Origin: a virus
Reading direction: 5' to 3' (one strand)
Virus record (IMG/VR): IMGVR_UViG_3300046501_000246
DNA length: 64,000 bases
Made by a program: the position numbers and the translations under genes. This document shows, one piece after another, positions 63,194-64,000 of this stretch. How positions within the stretch are numbered: position 1 is the first letter of the stretch; each line of letters begins with the position of its first letter. The notes under the pieces were generated by a model, which saw only the letters and a list, made by a program, of their open reading frames with translations, did not search any database and was not told where the DNA came from.

Positions 63194-63268
63194 GGAGGAT
63201 TAGCACAATGGTAGTGCCTGCGGCTCATAACCGTTTCTACGTTGGTTCGATTCCAGCATCCTCTACCA
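63194..63268 (+). tRNA. tRNA-Met or Ile2 (CAT)
   Basis: TGCGG-CTCATAA-CCGTT, canonical arms, CCA. Confidence 0.9.
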
Positions 63269-63746
63269 AAACTTGTTTTCGCCTTTTATAAGATTCTTTC
63301 ATAGCCTCAACATGAGCAGGCGACTTTGGTTTACCTTTTAATTTTAAACCACCCTTCCTGCCATTTTCTCTAAGCTCTTCTTTGGTCAAAAACAATGCAG
63401 GGCTACGTCCTTTAAGCGGGCCGTGTAACTCTAATCGTTTCTCAGCGCCAGCTTTTGCTGCTTCTGAAGTGAATCCACCTACACCGCCTAAGCGCATATT
63501 GTAGGTGAAATTTTTATCGTAATCATTAGTTAATTCAATTTCTTTTAAATAAGCTTCTTCTTTAGAAGAAGTTATGAATAGTATTTCTTTTCTAAAATTA
63601 TGTTTACCGTGTGCTTTTATTGCTTGTTTAATGGCTACGCCAGAGCCATAATATCCATCGTAAGGATTATTAGTTAGATGCACTCCAATGTAGTATTTGT
63701 TATTGATGTTATTAGTTATTTTATAAACAGTGTATACTTTATCCAT
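63237..63746 (-). CDS. GIY-YIG homing endonuclease (Seg-like)
   Basis: VYKITNNINNKYYIGVH, YYGSG, FRKEIL, TYNMRLGG; own promoter. Confidence 0.9.
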   Translation of the reverse strand: MDKVYTVYKITNNINNKYYIGVHLTNNPYDGYYGSGVAIKQAIKAHGKHNFRKEILFITSSKEEAYLKEIELTNDYDKNFTYNMRLGGVGGFTSEAAKAGAEKRLELHGPLKGRSPALFLTKEELRENGRKGGLKLKGKPKSPAHVEAMKESYKRRKQVLVEDAGIEPT

Positions 63747-63834
63747 TTAACGTATCTTTGTTTTTATTATATTTTTAATGGCTTTAGTATATCATATTTA
63801 AATTAAAAGTCAAGTTAATAATTAGGGAAGTCTC

Positions 63835-64000
63835 ATGCATGAGAAAGCTGTAGATTTATTCGTTCATGATCTTGGCCATGACAATCAGCTAAGAATCGTT
63901 TTTTATAACGAGGACGGTGATAATTTTTGGTACGACATAAAAGCTCATGCCGGTAGGGATGACTACTTTTGGTTCCCTGAATCTCTTGGATATGTTAAAT
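63835..64000 (+). CDS. Hypothetical protein, 3' partial
   Basis: ATG after a GGAA RBS-like sequence; open to the window end. Confidence 0.45.
   Translation, partial: MHEKAVDLFVHDLGHDNQLRIVFYNEDGDNFWYDIKAHAGRDDYFWFPESLGYVK

Overview
64 kb of a large tailed-phage genome (siphovirus-type tail: tube, G/GT chaperones, tape measure, lambda-like tip). The host is probably an alphaproteobacterium (Rhizobiaceae-like); this is inferred from a DUF1127 gene, a tRNA-His lacking G-1 and the endolysin architecture. Layout: class Ib RNR (nrdE-nrdF-nrdH, +) to 2.6 kb; lysis, tail, neck, head and portal genes on the minus strand (2.6-27.5 kb); a minus-strand tRNA cluster (27.8-35.1 kb) interleaved with small genes (speD, vWA, DUF1127) and several structured spacer RNAs; a second adsorption/polysaccharide-enzyme module (36.5-46.2 kb); a ~10 kb array of small minus-strand genes, each behind a sigma70-type promoter carrying a repeated ATGTAAGGAA operator (46.4-56.3 kb, possibly a terminal repeat or first-injected segment); then a strand switch at ~59.5 kb, plus-strand small genes, more tRNAs and a GIY-YIG endonuclease. 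Strongest novelties: (1) a 233-nt RNA reproducing the 23S rRNA uL11-binding GTPase-associated centre, split by a 166-nt structured insertion; (2) two independent tRNA-Arg-like genes with no D-arm and a D-loop-like sequence moved 3' of the anticodon arm; (3) 43-bp perfect inverted-repeat promoter cassettes; (4) three carbohydrate-active proteins sharing a basic N-terminal leader; (5) a free-standing copy of the tape-measure C-terminus. No terminase, rRNA operon or CRISPR array is seen. All family calls come from motif recognition by eye, not database searches.
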